This document shows positions 16,411 to 25,158 of a stretch of 64,000 nucleotides of DNA, piece by piece. The position numbers and the translations under genes are program-made. How positions within the stretch are numbered: position 1 is the first letter of the stretch; each line of letters starts with the position of its first letter. The stretch is from a virus. The notes beneath the pieces were generated by a model. The model did no database searches and was not told the origin of the DNA. It was given only the letters and a program-made list of their open reading frames with translations. Location of the stretch: the IMG/VR virus record IMGVR_UViG_3300032242_001280; one strand, written 5' to 3'.

Positions 16411-17157
16411 TTAATAACTGTATTTCTTTTTTAAACTATTCAATAAACTATTAATAGTAACGCCTGTTAGTGCAATAACAAATAGTATAGCATACATCTG
16501 GTCAATATCTAATTTACTTTTAACATCAATAATATAACTTCCTAACCCAAAATATCCACCAATGCTTCCAAAAACTACTTCAAGACTAATAAGAATACGC
16601 CAGCTATTGGCCCAACTTGTGCTTGCAATTCCTATTAGGTTTCCAATAGCGGCTGGCATATAAACTTTAAGCAGTGCTTTAGAGCCACTCCATTGTAAAT
16701 TTCGCACATGTTTTTCCCATTGCTCATGCACTGATTCTATTGCTCGTAGAATTTGTAAGCCGCTAGTCCATACTATATTCCATACAATGATACTGTATAC
16801 GACCGCTGCGCCTAGCCCCATAAACAGGCTCATAAAGGGCACCAGCACGAAACTTGGCAGTGGATTGAAGTATGCGCAATAACGCTCAAATAGCGCCTTT
16901 AACCATTGATATTTCATACAAAGTAATATGATACCAATAGTAATAAACATACCAATAATATAACTTAATACAAGTGTTCGCATAGTATAATAGAAACTAA
17001 ACCAAAACTTGCTGGTCCATATCAGATCGTATAGCGCAGATAAAATACTTGTACTATCAGGAAATATAAGTGGTTCTTGCACAATAATGTATAAAAAATG
17101 CCATCCTATTAATATAATAGAAATAGCTAACGCATTATAAAGAAAGGATCGAAACAA
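16411..17157 (-). CDS. ABC transporter permease (NitT/TauT/SsuC-like)
   Basis: About six TM segments; PLPSFVLVP and GLGSYI motifs; in an operon with the ATPase and binding protein. Confidence 0.88.
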   Translation of the reverse strand: MFRSFLYNALAISIILIGWHFLYIIVQEPLIFPDSTSILSALYDLIWTSKFWFSFYYTMRTLVLSYIIGMFITIGIILLCMKYQWLKALFERYCAYFNPLPSFVLVPFMSLFMGLGAAVVYSIIVWNIVWTSGLQILRAIESVHEQWEKHVRNLQWSGSKALLKVYMPAAIGNLIGIASTSWANSWRILISLEVVFGSIGGYFGLGSYIIDVKSKLDIDQMYAILFVIALTGVTINSLLNSLKKKYSY

Positions 17158-17740
17158 TTAAATCATCCTCATGAGTTATATTTTTGAGACCATTCTTACT
17201 AAGCAAATATATGCTGTCACCTATTATTCGTGCTTCGGTTACATTGTGTGTAACCCATATAACGGTTAAATTTTCTTCGTGAACAATTTCACGGAAATCT
17301 TTTGCAACAGTTGCGCCAGTTAATCCATCTAGCGCACTCAGTGGTTCGTCGCATAGTAATATACGCAATCCACTGCACATTCCACGGATAAGTGTAAATC
17401 GCTGGCGTTGCCCGCCACTTAACTTTGATGGACTATAATCTAGATACGGTTCTAAGTTCCATCGTTTTACAAGATCAATATATGGTTTTTGACAAACTAA
17501 TTCTAAATTTTTTCGCACAGTCATCCATGAAAATAACTGATGACTTTCTTGAAAAATACGAAATTGGTTTTTAACTAGAATATCACTTTGGGTAGCAAGT
17601 GAAGTAAGCAAACTAGTCTTGCCCACTCCACTTGTTCCCATGATAACAGCAATTTCCCCTGTCTGCACCGACAAATCTATCGGCGCAAACAGTGGAGTAT
17701 TATCACTTACTGTAACTGTATGGTTACTAAGGTTAATCAC
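17135..17740 (-). CDS. ABC transporter ATP-binding subunit
   Basis: Walker A GTSGVGKT, signature LSGGQRQR, Walker B LLCDE, H-loop VTH. Confidence 0.95.
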   Translation of the reverse strand: MINLSNHTVTVSDNTPLFAPIDLSVQTGEIAVIMGTSGVGKTSLLTSLATQSDILVKNQFRIFQESHQLFSWMTVRKNLELVCQKPYIDLVKRWNLEPYLDYSPSKLSGGQRQRFTLIRGMCSGLRILLCDEPLSALDGLTGATVAKDFREIVHEENLTVIWVTHNVTEARIIGDSIYLLSKNGLKNITHEDDLIVSILSL

Positions 17741-18720
17741 TTGACTAACTTTTCATCCCATACCATGTCACTGTGCTTTTTATCTTTACCAGCGCCGCTT
17801 AGGATACCAGCACGATATAAGAAATCTATATATCGCAGCGTACTATCTGTCTTATACTGATAAACATCATGGTTTTCTTTCTTCTGTTCAACTAACTCAT
17901 TTAGTGTTGGTTCAACTACTTCGTCTTTTGTCATATAGGTAATCAGCATTGGGCGTGGATTCTTTTCAAATTCCGCGATAGCTGCCTTTTGTGCAGCAAC
18001 CCATGCACGAGCAAGTTTAGGATTTGCATCTAACCATTTTGTCGTAGAGTATACACTATTAAGAACACCTGTTGTTTTAGTTGGGTCTTCATTGTGTGCA
18101 ATAATATGCGCTCCTTTGCTGACAGCAATATTTTGCCATGGAACGCCAATAATACCGCAATCAATTTCAGGGTTTGTTTTAGTAATTTGTGCAAGTGCTT
18201 GATCACGAGGCATTACAACGATATTACTGTCAAACTTAGCATATTCTTTATCACCAAACTTTGCAGCAGTATATTGGCGCAATTGCATCTGTTCGCCGCT
18301 ATTCAAGCCTTTCATAGCAATTTTAGTGCTTGGTGTAATATCTTTTAACGATTTAATCTTAGGATTGCCGCATACTATCCACTGATCGTATTCTTCTGCG
18401 CCAGCCAATAGTTTAACCTTAGCTGGGTCTTTATCAAAAAGAATACCAAAAGCATTTGCTCCGCCAAATACAATATCAATTTGACCTAGCAAAAGTGCTT
18501 CGTTTGCTTTTGTTGCTTCAAGAATATCTACATAAGATACCTTGATATCATTAATTCCTTCTTTCTTGGCATATTCTGGAAGCAATTCAACGGTTTTATA
18601 TAGTAGTGGTTCGCTGCTTGCATACTTAATCATTCGATTGACACGAATTTCAGTTTCTGCATGCGCAACCGACGCAAGAGATAGTAATAGAGCGATAGTT
18701 GTTATTGTTCTGTTAAACAT
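17737..18720 (-). CDS. ABC transporter substrate-binding protein (NitT/TauT/SsuA-like)
   Basis: Signal peptide MFNRTITTIALLLSLASVAHA; EALLLGQIDI, IKSLKD and WLDANP motifs. AAGGAG RBS favours ATG 18720 over 18756. Confidence 0.88.
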   Translation of the reverse strand: MFNRTITTIALLLSLASVAHAETEIRVNRMIKYASSEPLLYKTVELLPEYAKKEGINDIKVSYVDILEATKANEALLLGQIDIVFGGANAFGILFDKDPAKVKLLAGAEEYDQWIVCGNPKIKSLKDITPSTKIAMKGLNSGEQMQLRQYTAAKFGDKEYAKFDSNIVVMPRDQALAQITKTNPEIDCGIIGVPWQNIAVSKGAHIIAHNEDPTKTTGVLNSVYSTTKWLDANPKLARAWVAAQKAAIAEFEKNPRPMLITYMTKDEVVEPTLNELVEQKKENHDVYQYKTDSTLRYIDFLYRAGILSGAGKDKKHSDMVWDEKLVK

Positions 18721-18934
18721 TTTTTTCTCCTTCCATAAAGTTAACAGATAACACAAAAAACATCAATATAATTGATGCGTATAGTATTAAATTTTTAATG
18801 AAAGGAGCTTGTAGCATTGGTGGGACTAGCTACTACGGTCGGCGTTTGGTAAGGCATTACTTACGGTACAGAACTTGCGTTCTTCGCGTCGATTATGAGT
18901 TCCGAGGTCACCAAATGTGGCCTTGCTCCAAAAT
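18721..18934 (-). promoter_or_regulatory. Riboswitch-like structured 5' leader
   Basis: Multi-hairpin domain closed by GGAGC/GCUCC; the 3' strand can alternatively pair with the Shine-Dalgarno (10 bp); a terminator-like hairpin with U-tract lies between them. Confidence 0.6.
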
Positions 18935-18937
18935 TAT

Positions 18938-19576
18938 TTATGTTGGTGTTGCAGCAATAGAAATTTCTTGAATATAATGTTTTGTATCATTAATAATATC
19001 TGATAGCTGTTTTTCTATATCATTAACTTTTATATGTGGAGTACTGTAAAATTTTTCATCTGATTCAGGTGTCCACTTATTGCCTAATCTATTTTTATTA
19101 AAATTTGTTTTAATTTTTCCAACTCTTAAAAGCGTCAATCCTATTAGTGGGTTGTTTATTTCTCTGCGCAGCGCGTCTACAAATGCTTTTTGTGAATACC
19201 TTGATAACCCATATATTAAATGATTGTGCATTATTCTGTCTGTGTTGTGTACACTTCCTACAAATATAGCTTTACTCCATTTATTGCCTCGTTGGGTTAA
19301 CCAACGATGAGTAAACTTAATTTGATTTACAAGATTAGTATTCAGTGTAAGTTCTATATCTTCCCATGATTTTTCAACAAAAGGAGTAAACCCATTTGGA
19401 TCAACGCCAGCACACATGACAAAATAATCATATTGAGATAAGTCAGTATCATATGACACATTGTTTATGTTAAACGCCTCTCTACCAACAACAGTTGTAT
19501 CAATATCATTGTTTAACAATACTTCTGAAATTTTTTTACCAACACCTGTTGTGCCGCCAATAACGATAGCTTTCAT
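18938..19576 (-). CDS. Short-chain dehydrogenase/reductase (SDR)-like protein
   Basis: MKAIVIGGTTGVG Rossmann motif, CAG, NTNL, YxxxR instead of YxxxK. ATGA overlap with the upstream gene fixes the start at 19576. Confidence 0.8.
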   Translation of the reverse strand: MKAIVIGGTTGVGKKISEVLLNNDIDTTVVGREAFNINNVSYDTDLSQYDYFVMCAGVDPNGFTPFVEKSWEDIELTLNTNLVNQIKFTHRWLTQRGNKWSKAIFVGSVHNTDRIMHNHLIYGLSRYSQKAFVDALRREINNPLIGLTLLRVGKIKTNFNKNRLGNKWTPESDEKFYSTPHIKVNDIEKQLSDIINDTKHYIQEISIAATPT

Positions 19577-20565
19577 AGCTTTCCTATAATTTCTTGCAGT
19601 GTCATTACTTCCCAACCACTACATAGCACACCTTCGCGGCGCATTTGGTCAATTACTAATGCCTCGTATAGTATATTTTCACTTGTATTTTCATAATGTT
19701 TTTTATCTTTTATAGTATTCCATATATTGTTTGCTATCATTATTTGTTTTGAGTTGTGTGTTATAAACTGTGGATGCATAAAATTAACTTCACCCCAGTC
19801 AAAATCAGCTATATTAGTTGATTCCATATCGGCAGCAAATTTTGATATAAATTCAATATCTAATATTTCTCTCATACTATAATTAAAAACATATTTTCCA
19901 GTAACATAGACATCGTTTTCTTTTCGATCATACGCAGTTGAATCGCCGCCAATGTCATCTCGTTCCCTGATAGTATTTCCGTAATTATATCTTTCTCTGA
20001 ACATATCTATTGTATCTTGCGTTAATACATGATTATTATACGGATAGATTCTTTCCCAATTATCTACCATAAAATTTCTACCTTCAATCCAGTCTTTGTC
20101 TAATGGATTGCCATATTCTTCATCATTTAACAATCTTATGTTCCACAATCCTTTTGAATGAAGATTTATGGCTCCTAATTTGCGATGATATTCACTGTCT
20201 TCGTCATGTACATTGATAATAACGGGTTCTTCTTCAATTCGCATTATCCAAAAAACACTATTATGCCATCCCTTCATCCAATTTTTTTGATTTTGATCAA
20301 AAGTAACATTGCCGCGAAAACCAACTGGATATATTGTACCTGTTGACCAACGATGTTTAATTATACTTTGAATAATAAATTCAATAGTTTGGTGCGCTGG
20401 TTTCTTAATATGTACATGCGCACTGCCATCTGTTTTGAAAGGGGTATCTACTGTTGTATTGGCGGTTTTACGATTTGCTTTGCATAATGCCCAGTGCAAA
20501 TAACTTCCATAATATCCGCCTGGATATAATAGCCATACATTTTTATCAAACATCATATTATCCAC
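19573..20565 (-). CDS. Hypothetical protein (N-terminus reminiscent of a sulfotransferase/P-loop-like fold)
   Basis: 330-aa ORF overlapping both neighbours; WLLYPGGYYGSYLHWAL. Confidence 0.55.
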   Translation of the reverse strand: MDNMMFDKNVWLLYPGGYYGSYLHWALCKANRKTANTTVDTPFKTDGSAHVHIKKPAHQTIEFIIQSIIKHRWSTGTIYPVGFRGNVTFDQNQKNWMKGWHNSVFWIMRIEEEPVIINVHDEDSEYHRKLGAINLHSKGLWNIRLLNDEEYGNPLDKDWIEGRNFMVDNWERIYPYNNHVLTQDTIDMFRERYNYGNTIRERDDIGGDSTAYDRKENDVYVTGKYVFNYSMREILDIEFISKFAADMESTNIADFDWGEVNFMHPQFITHNSKQIMIANNIWNTIKDKKHYENTSENILYEALVIDQMRREGVLCSGWEVMTLQEIIGKL

Positions 20566-21073
20566 ATGCTATTGAAACCATATCTTTGTTTAATTCCCAA
20601 AAACGATTATATTCCATGATTGCCCACCGAACATCTTTATATTGATACAGCATATAATATTCTACAAATAGCGGATGATCGTAATAAGAATCAAATTCAA
20701 CTGCAACAAATTTGCCTTTACGATTAAATTTCATGATTAAAATATTAAAGTCACCATCGTCGCTAGCATCCATTAACTGGTCTAACCATACATCTAACTG
20801 CTTACAACTGCCGCTAAACAATTGATGGAATGGAAAATCTGCATAACTTTTGCATTCTGCATTAAATTTAGGAAAACTTTGGCCAGGAATAATATCGCCT
20901 TTAAAAGAACGAATTTGTCCTTCGTGCAGATATTCTTTTCGTTTATTATTGGTGCCGCCAACATAAGCACCACTGCCTGGCGCACGAATAAATGTTTCGT
21001 TATATAGGTTTGTTAAATGTTTGGCAACATCGCGCTCCCAACTATTGCCTTTGTTTTTACTTGGACTGGTCAT
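20558..21073 (-). CDS. Holliday junction resolvase, PD-(D/E)xK family
   Basis: SKNKGNSWER, RAPGSGA, GDII and ECK motifs. Confidence 0.85.
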   Translation of the reverse strand: MTSPSKNKGNSWERDVAKHLTNLYNETFIRAPGSGAYVGGTNNKRKEYLHEGQIRSFKGDIIPGQSFPKFNAECKSYADFPFHQLFSGSCKQLDVWLDQLMDASDDGDFNILIMKFNRKGKFVAVEFDSYYDHPLFVEYYMLYQYKDVRWAIMEYNRFWELNKDMVSIACG

Positions 21074-21981
21074 TTAAAATATACTTCTTCTACCCATTGT
21101 TTGGCAAAGTTGCTTTTGTTGTTTTTGATACTGCAACTATTTACGCAGTGATTGATAGGTGTTTCTGATTTCCAACTATCAATTATATTATCAAAGTTTT
21201 TATAACTTAAATCTTTTACTTCAGGATTAAAAGGATCGGTTCCAATAAAACAACATGGCCATAGCTTTCCACTATAGTCCATATACAAACTTTGTTCTTC
21301 TAGTGCATGACATTTTATAGTTGGTGTATTAATAAGAGTATTTTCATACCCATCTGGTACTTCGAGAAAATCTATTGGTCTGGTAGTAAATCTACGACTT
21401 ACCTTTGCCCTGAACGCACTAAATCCCATATTTTTAGCCAATTGCTTAGCTTCTTCAACTTGGTGTTGATTATGTTTGAAAATTAACATATCCCAATGTG
21501 CTTTTCCACCAGCGGCAATAAATGCTTGTGCGTTTTTCATAATTTTATCCCATTGAGTATTACGGCGATATATGTGATTTGTATCACTTAATCCATCGAT
21601 ACTGAATACGCAATAATCTTTAGCCTTGTTTAACCTTTTTCCAAGCATTTGCCACCAACTTTGGCTTCGCAAACTGCCATTAGTATTCATTCCCAATATC
21701 ATATCTGGGTTAATATAACGAAACCAATCATAAATTGACAAAGTGTGTGCAGATGCAGCAGGGTCTCCAAATGAACCACACATAAACATTTTGTCTAAGT
21801 TTGATATAAATTCATCGGTTAGTACAACTTTAATTTTATCTAACGATAAATCTTGTAAATTTAATCGTGGATCAACAGTAATCCCATCAAGTAAGAACCT
21901 TGCACATTGAGGACAAGCCGCATTGCAGCGGCTTGTTGGTTCTAAGTGCAGTACTTTTACATTGGAGATATCAAACTTCAT
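21070..21981 (-). CDS. Radical SAM enzyme with C-terminal Cys-rich (twitch/SPASM-like) region
   Basis: CNAACPQC, GSFGDP, NTNG, FSIDG, WPCC motifs. Confidence 0.9.
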   Translation of the reverse strand: MKFDISNVKVLHLEPTSRCNAACPQCARFLLDGITVDPRLNLQDLSLDKIKVVLTDEFISNLDKMFMCGSFGDPAASAHTLSIYDWFRYINPDMILGMNTNGSLRSQSWWQMLGKRLNKAKDYCVFSIDGLSDTNHIYRRNTQWDKIMKNAQAFIAAGGKAHWDMLIFKHNQHQVEEAKQLAKNMGFSAFRAKVSRRFTTRPIDFLEVPDGYENTLINTPTIKCHALEEQSLYMDYSGKLWPCCFIGTDPFNPEVKDLSYKNFDNIIDSWKSETPINHCVNSCSIKNNKSNFAKQWVEEVYFK

Positions 21982-24089
21982 ACTGTTTCTACATCACTAC
22001 TATAACTTGTAAATCCGTTTTCTTTTGTTACGGTTAGAATATTATTTACACGACCGCTCAGTTCATCACGATGTGACACGAGGAAAATACTCTTGTTTCG
22101 TTCACGACCCATGCGTTTTAGGATTGCTAATGAATTTTCAACACCACTTGCATCCATGCCACTGTCAATCAACTCATCAATAAACAACAGATTAATGTGT
22201 TGATACAGCGATTCCCACACATCGCGGAAAGCCCATGACAGTGAAAGAATAAGACGATTGCGCTCGCCACGACTCAAGTTATCAAAGTCTAGATCGCGAC
22301 CAAGCTCTGTGATTTCAACACTAAGGTCATTTTGGAACTGAACTTGATGTGGAAGACCAATAGCAGCAAGATAGGAACCAAGACGACTATTAAGATAAGC
22401 AAGGTTTTGGTCAATGATCTTCTTACGAACAAAACTATCTTTGTTTGTCAACATCTTCAACAAGAACTCTTGATGTTCTTGCGCCTGTGTAAACTTATTA
22501 ATAGCATCCCATGTAACTTCTTGAATAGCATTTCGCTCCATTTCAACAATTTGGTCACCATACGGATCAGGTTCTTCTTGTTTTTGGATAAGAGAATTAG
22601 CCAACTGTTCAAGAACATTTCTATGGTTTAACGCATCTTCAATCGTATCATAATGGAACGAGCTAATCTGACTTTCAGCAATCCACTCCCTATCGCTTAA
22701 TTCAGTTGCTAGTTCCGTAATCTGTTCACTAAACGGACTGGTCTCTAGCATACGACTTTCAAGAGATTTATTCATATTCTCAAGAGTATTGCGATGATTG
22801 AGTGCTTCTTCAAGTGTTTTATAATATGGCTTTGGTGGTGGTGTCAGATCACCAATTTCTTTAAGCGTATCATAATGATCCATACGCTGACCTTCGCTTG
22901 CAATAAACTGCAGTGCGCTTTCACGCAGTGCTGCTTCTTTTGCTGCAAGAATATCTGCTTGATTGTCATCATGTAGTTCGCTGCCACAAGCATAACACTT
23001 GTGGTTTTTAAGGTCTTCAATCTCTTTCTTTAACTTAGATTGTGTCTTTTCTTCTTTAGCATTGGCAGCATCGATAGACGCAATCCATCTTTTTGCTTCA
23101 TCACGGCGCTTTACTTTAGCATCATAATCAGCGATATCACGGTGAATAGCAATTTCACCATCGATATCAATACTAGAAAGATTTGCAATATTAAGTTTAA
23201 TTGCATCACACTCATCAAGTTGCTTTTGTTCCCATAAGCTTTGGCGAACCGTAATGCTTTTTAACTGGTCTTCTAGTTTCTTATTAGCAAGAAACCGCTC
23301 GCGCAGACGATGATTGTTAATTTCTGCATCAATATCGATGTCTGCCAAGCTAATCAGATTTTTTTCAATCTTAGAAACATCTTCTTCATGCTTTGCGAGC
23401 CACAACTTCTGGCGTTTCTTAAGACTATCAATCTGTTCCATAATACGAACATTAGCATCTTGAACTGCTTTGATACGAATCTTTTCTTCTTGAATCAAAT
23501 CCTTGGTATTTTTGATTTGGTTCTTTAAACTATCTGCTTTTTCGCTAAGGATAGTAATACCAAGAAGCTGTTCAATGACCTGTCGTTGATCATTTGCTCG
23601 CATACTCAAGAATGGCTCGGTGTAGGTATTGAGTGCTACAACATGCTTGAACATGTCTACACTCATTCCTAACAACCGATCAATGTCGTTCTGCGTCTCG
23701 CGGCTATCGCCTTGACTATCATCTTGATAACCATTTTGTTCTTGTCCATCAATATACAGCTTAGTAATATTAGGACGACGACCGCGCTCAATGCGATATT
23801 GACGGCTACTTACTTCAAAATCAACAGTAACCATCATGTTTTTACCATTGGTTTTGTTGATTAGATTATCTTTCTTGATATTTGTAAGGGCTTGACCGTA
23901 GAGGCCATAACTCAGGGCGTTGATGATTGTGGTTTTACCCGTGCCATTTCTAGCACCAGTGTCATCACCTCCTAAATCTAAATTTTCACCTAACACCAGT
24001 GTCAGGTCTCTACGGTCAAAGTTCACGGCTTGGGTCGCATTGCCCACGCTCATGAAATTCTTAACTGTCAACGAGTTAATTTTTAACAT
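21978..24089 (-). CDS. gp46: Recombination endonuclease ATPase subunit, gp46/SbcC/Rad50-like
   Basis: Walker A NGTGKT, zinc hook CYAC, signature LSRGE, Walker B LFIDE, VSH. Confidence 0.95.
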   Translation of the reverse strand: MLKINSLTVKNFMSVGNATQAVNFDRRDLTLVLGENLDLGGDDTGARNGTGKTTIINALSYGLYGQALTNIKKDNLINKTNGKNMMVTVDFEVSSRQYRIERGRRPNITKLYIDGQEQNGYQDDSQGDSRETQNDIDRLLGMSVDMFKHVVALNTYTEPFLSMRANDQRQVIEQLLGITILSEKADSLKNQIKNTKDLIQEEKIRIKAVQDANVRIMEQIDSLKKRQKLWLAKHEEDVSKIEKNLISLADIDIDAEINNHRLRERFLANKKLEDQLKSITVRQSLWEQKQLDECDAIKLNIANLSSIDIDGEIAIHRDIADYDAKVKRRDEAKRWIASIDAANAKEEKTQSKLKKEIEDLKNHKCYACGSELHDDNQADILAAKEAALRESALQFIASEGQRMDHYDTLKEIGDLTPPPKPYYKTLEEALNHRNTLENMNKSLESRMLETSPFSEQITELATELSDREWIAESQISSFHYDTIEDALNHRNVLEQLANSLIQKQEEPDPYGDQIVEMERNAIQEVTWDAINKFTQAQEHQEFLLKMLTNKDSFVRKKIIDQNLAYLNSRLGSYLAAIGLPHQVQFQNDLSVEITELGRDLDFDNLSRGERNRLILSLSWAFRDVWESLYQHINLLFIDELIDSGMDASGVENSLAILKRMGRERNKSIFLVSHRDELSGRVNNILTVTKENGFTSYSSDVETV

Positions 24090-24094
24090 GCTTT

Positions 24095-24123
24095 ATTATA
24101 CCTGAATTAAAGTGAATTGTAAA
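24095..24123 (-). promoter_or_regulatory. Sigma70-type promoter giving a probably leaderless gp46 mRNA
   Basis: TTTACA-N17-TATAAT-aaagc-ATG, no Shine-Dalgarno. Confidence 0.7.
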
Positions 24124-25120
24124 TTTCCATTAGCAATTTAGTATCATAATGTTGTGTATCAAGGTTACTAATTTGACTTAACACAATCTGGTCTACGCTC
24201 TCAAATTGCACATCACCGATAGCATTTTCAGTCAATACTTCTCCGCGATGTTGAATGAGGCTCAATTCACGAACGCCATATGTTTTTTGCATTTCATCTT
24301 TAAGAAAAGTTGCTTCTTCATATGAAATAGAAACATCTAGCTGAACGCGAGCATAAGTCCTATCATCAAGATGATCTTGTGGAGCTTCTAACATCTGTAG
24401 CAACGAAAGAGTGCGATAACGAGGCGCAGCAGCCCAATTATGATACACAGGAGTTTCGCCCCACTGCAGTATCATTGCGCCACGCTCATCATCCCATGCA
24501 TCTGCATAGTTGTGTGGAAAGGCGTTTCCAATATAGTGGACATTGCCTTTTATTTGTCGCTTATGAAAATGTCCTGTAAACACAATGTCTACGCCGCCAA
24601 GGTCATCTACCTTTAGACCGCCATGATCTGGCATTTCTACCTTGGCGTTCATAAGAAAACTTGGCAATTCAAAGTGACCCATCACATATTTTGACTTGAT
24701 TTTGCGCATACTCTTGTATTCCTCGCCAATAAGCCAAGGAACAAAAGTAACATCGCCTTCTGTGTGTTGATTATTGATTAGTTCAATATTCTTGAACTTT
24801 TCAACATACTTGATGCTTGTGATAGTTCTGCGATCTTTATGATATAAATCATGATTGCCAGTTATGAACATTACTCGCAACCCAAGGTCGTTAAGACGCT
24901 CAAGTGTGCGCAAACTTGCATCCATCGTGTTAATATTCAAACTATTTCTAGTATCATGAAAATCGCCAAGAAAGAGAATAGTATCACAATTCTCACTCTT
25001 GACTAGATCAATAAACCATGTTACATAGTTCTCACAATCTGCGAGAAATTGTGCGGAGTTGCTCTTATAACCTAAATGTAGGTCGGTGAATACTGCTGCT
25101 TTTTTGAACAAGTTTGTCAT
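24107..25120 (-). CDS. gp47: Recombination nuclease subunit, gp47/SbcD/Mre11-like
   Basis: Metallophosphoesterase motifs DLH, GD, GNHD, GHFE, GHFH. Confidence 0.95.
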   Translation of the reverse strand: MTNLFKKAAVFTDLHLGYKSNSAQFLADCENYVTWFIDLVKSENCDTILFLGDFHDTRNSLNINTMDASLRTLERLNDLGLRVMFITGNHDLYHKDRRTITSIKYVEKFKNIELINNQHTEGDVTFVPWLIGEEYKSMRKIKSKYVMGHFELPSFLMNAKVEMPDHGGLKVDDLGGVDIVFTGHFHKRQIKGNVHYIGNAFPHNYADAWDDERGAMILQWGETPVYHNWAAAPRYRTLSLLQMLEAPQDHLDDRTYARVQLDVSISYEEATFLKDEMQKTYGVRELSLIQHRGEVLTENAIGDVQFESVDQIVLSQISNLDTQHYDTKLLMEIYNSL

Positions 25121-25126
25121 AGTGTA

Positions 25127-25155
25127 ACTATACTATACTAACTTTATCTTGTCAA
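25127..25155 (-). promoter_or_regulatory. Sigma70-type promoter giving a probably leaderless gp47 mRNA
   Basis: TTGACA-N17-TATAGT-tacact-ATG. Confidence 0.8.
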
Positions 25156-25158
25156 CTA

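Noticed and set aside
18713-18817. 34-aa hydrophobic uORF MLQAPFIKNLILYASIILMFFVLSVNFMEGEKNV overlapping the SBP start
   Set aside because: No RBS, and AT-rich DNA readily translates as hydrophobic; not called, though a leader-peptide role is not excluded.
18800-18932. tRNA or tRNA-like reading of the leader (CTCATAA Met-like loop on minus; cloverleaf-like fold ending CCA on plus)
   Set aside because: No TTCRA T-loop, only a 5-bp closing stem, and arm lengths do not fit a tRNA.
18830-18935. HDV-like, hammerhead or twister ribozyme
   Set aside because: Only partial motifs; no P2 partner for an HDV fold and no CUGANGA/GAAA core.
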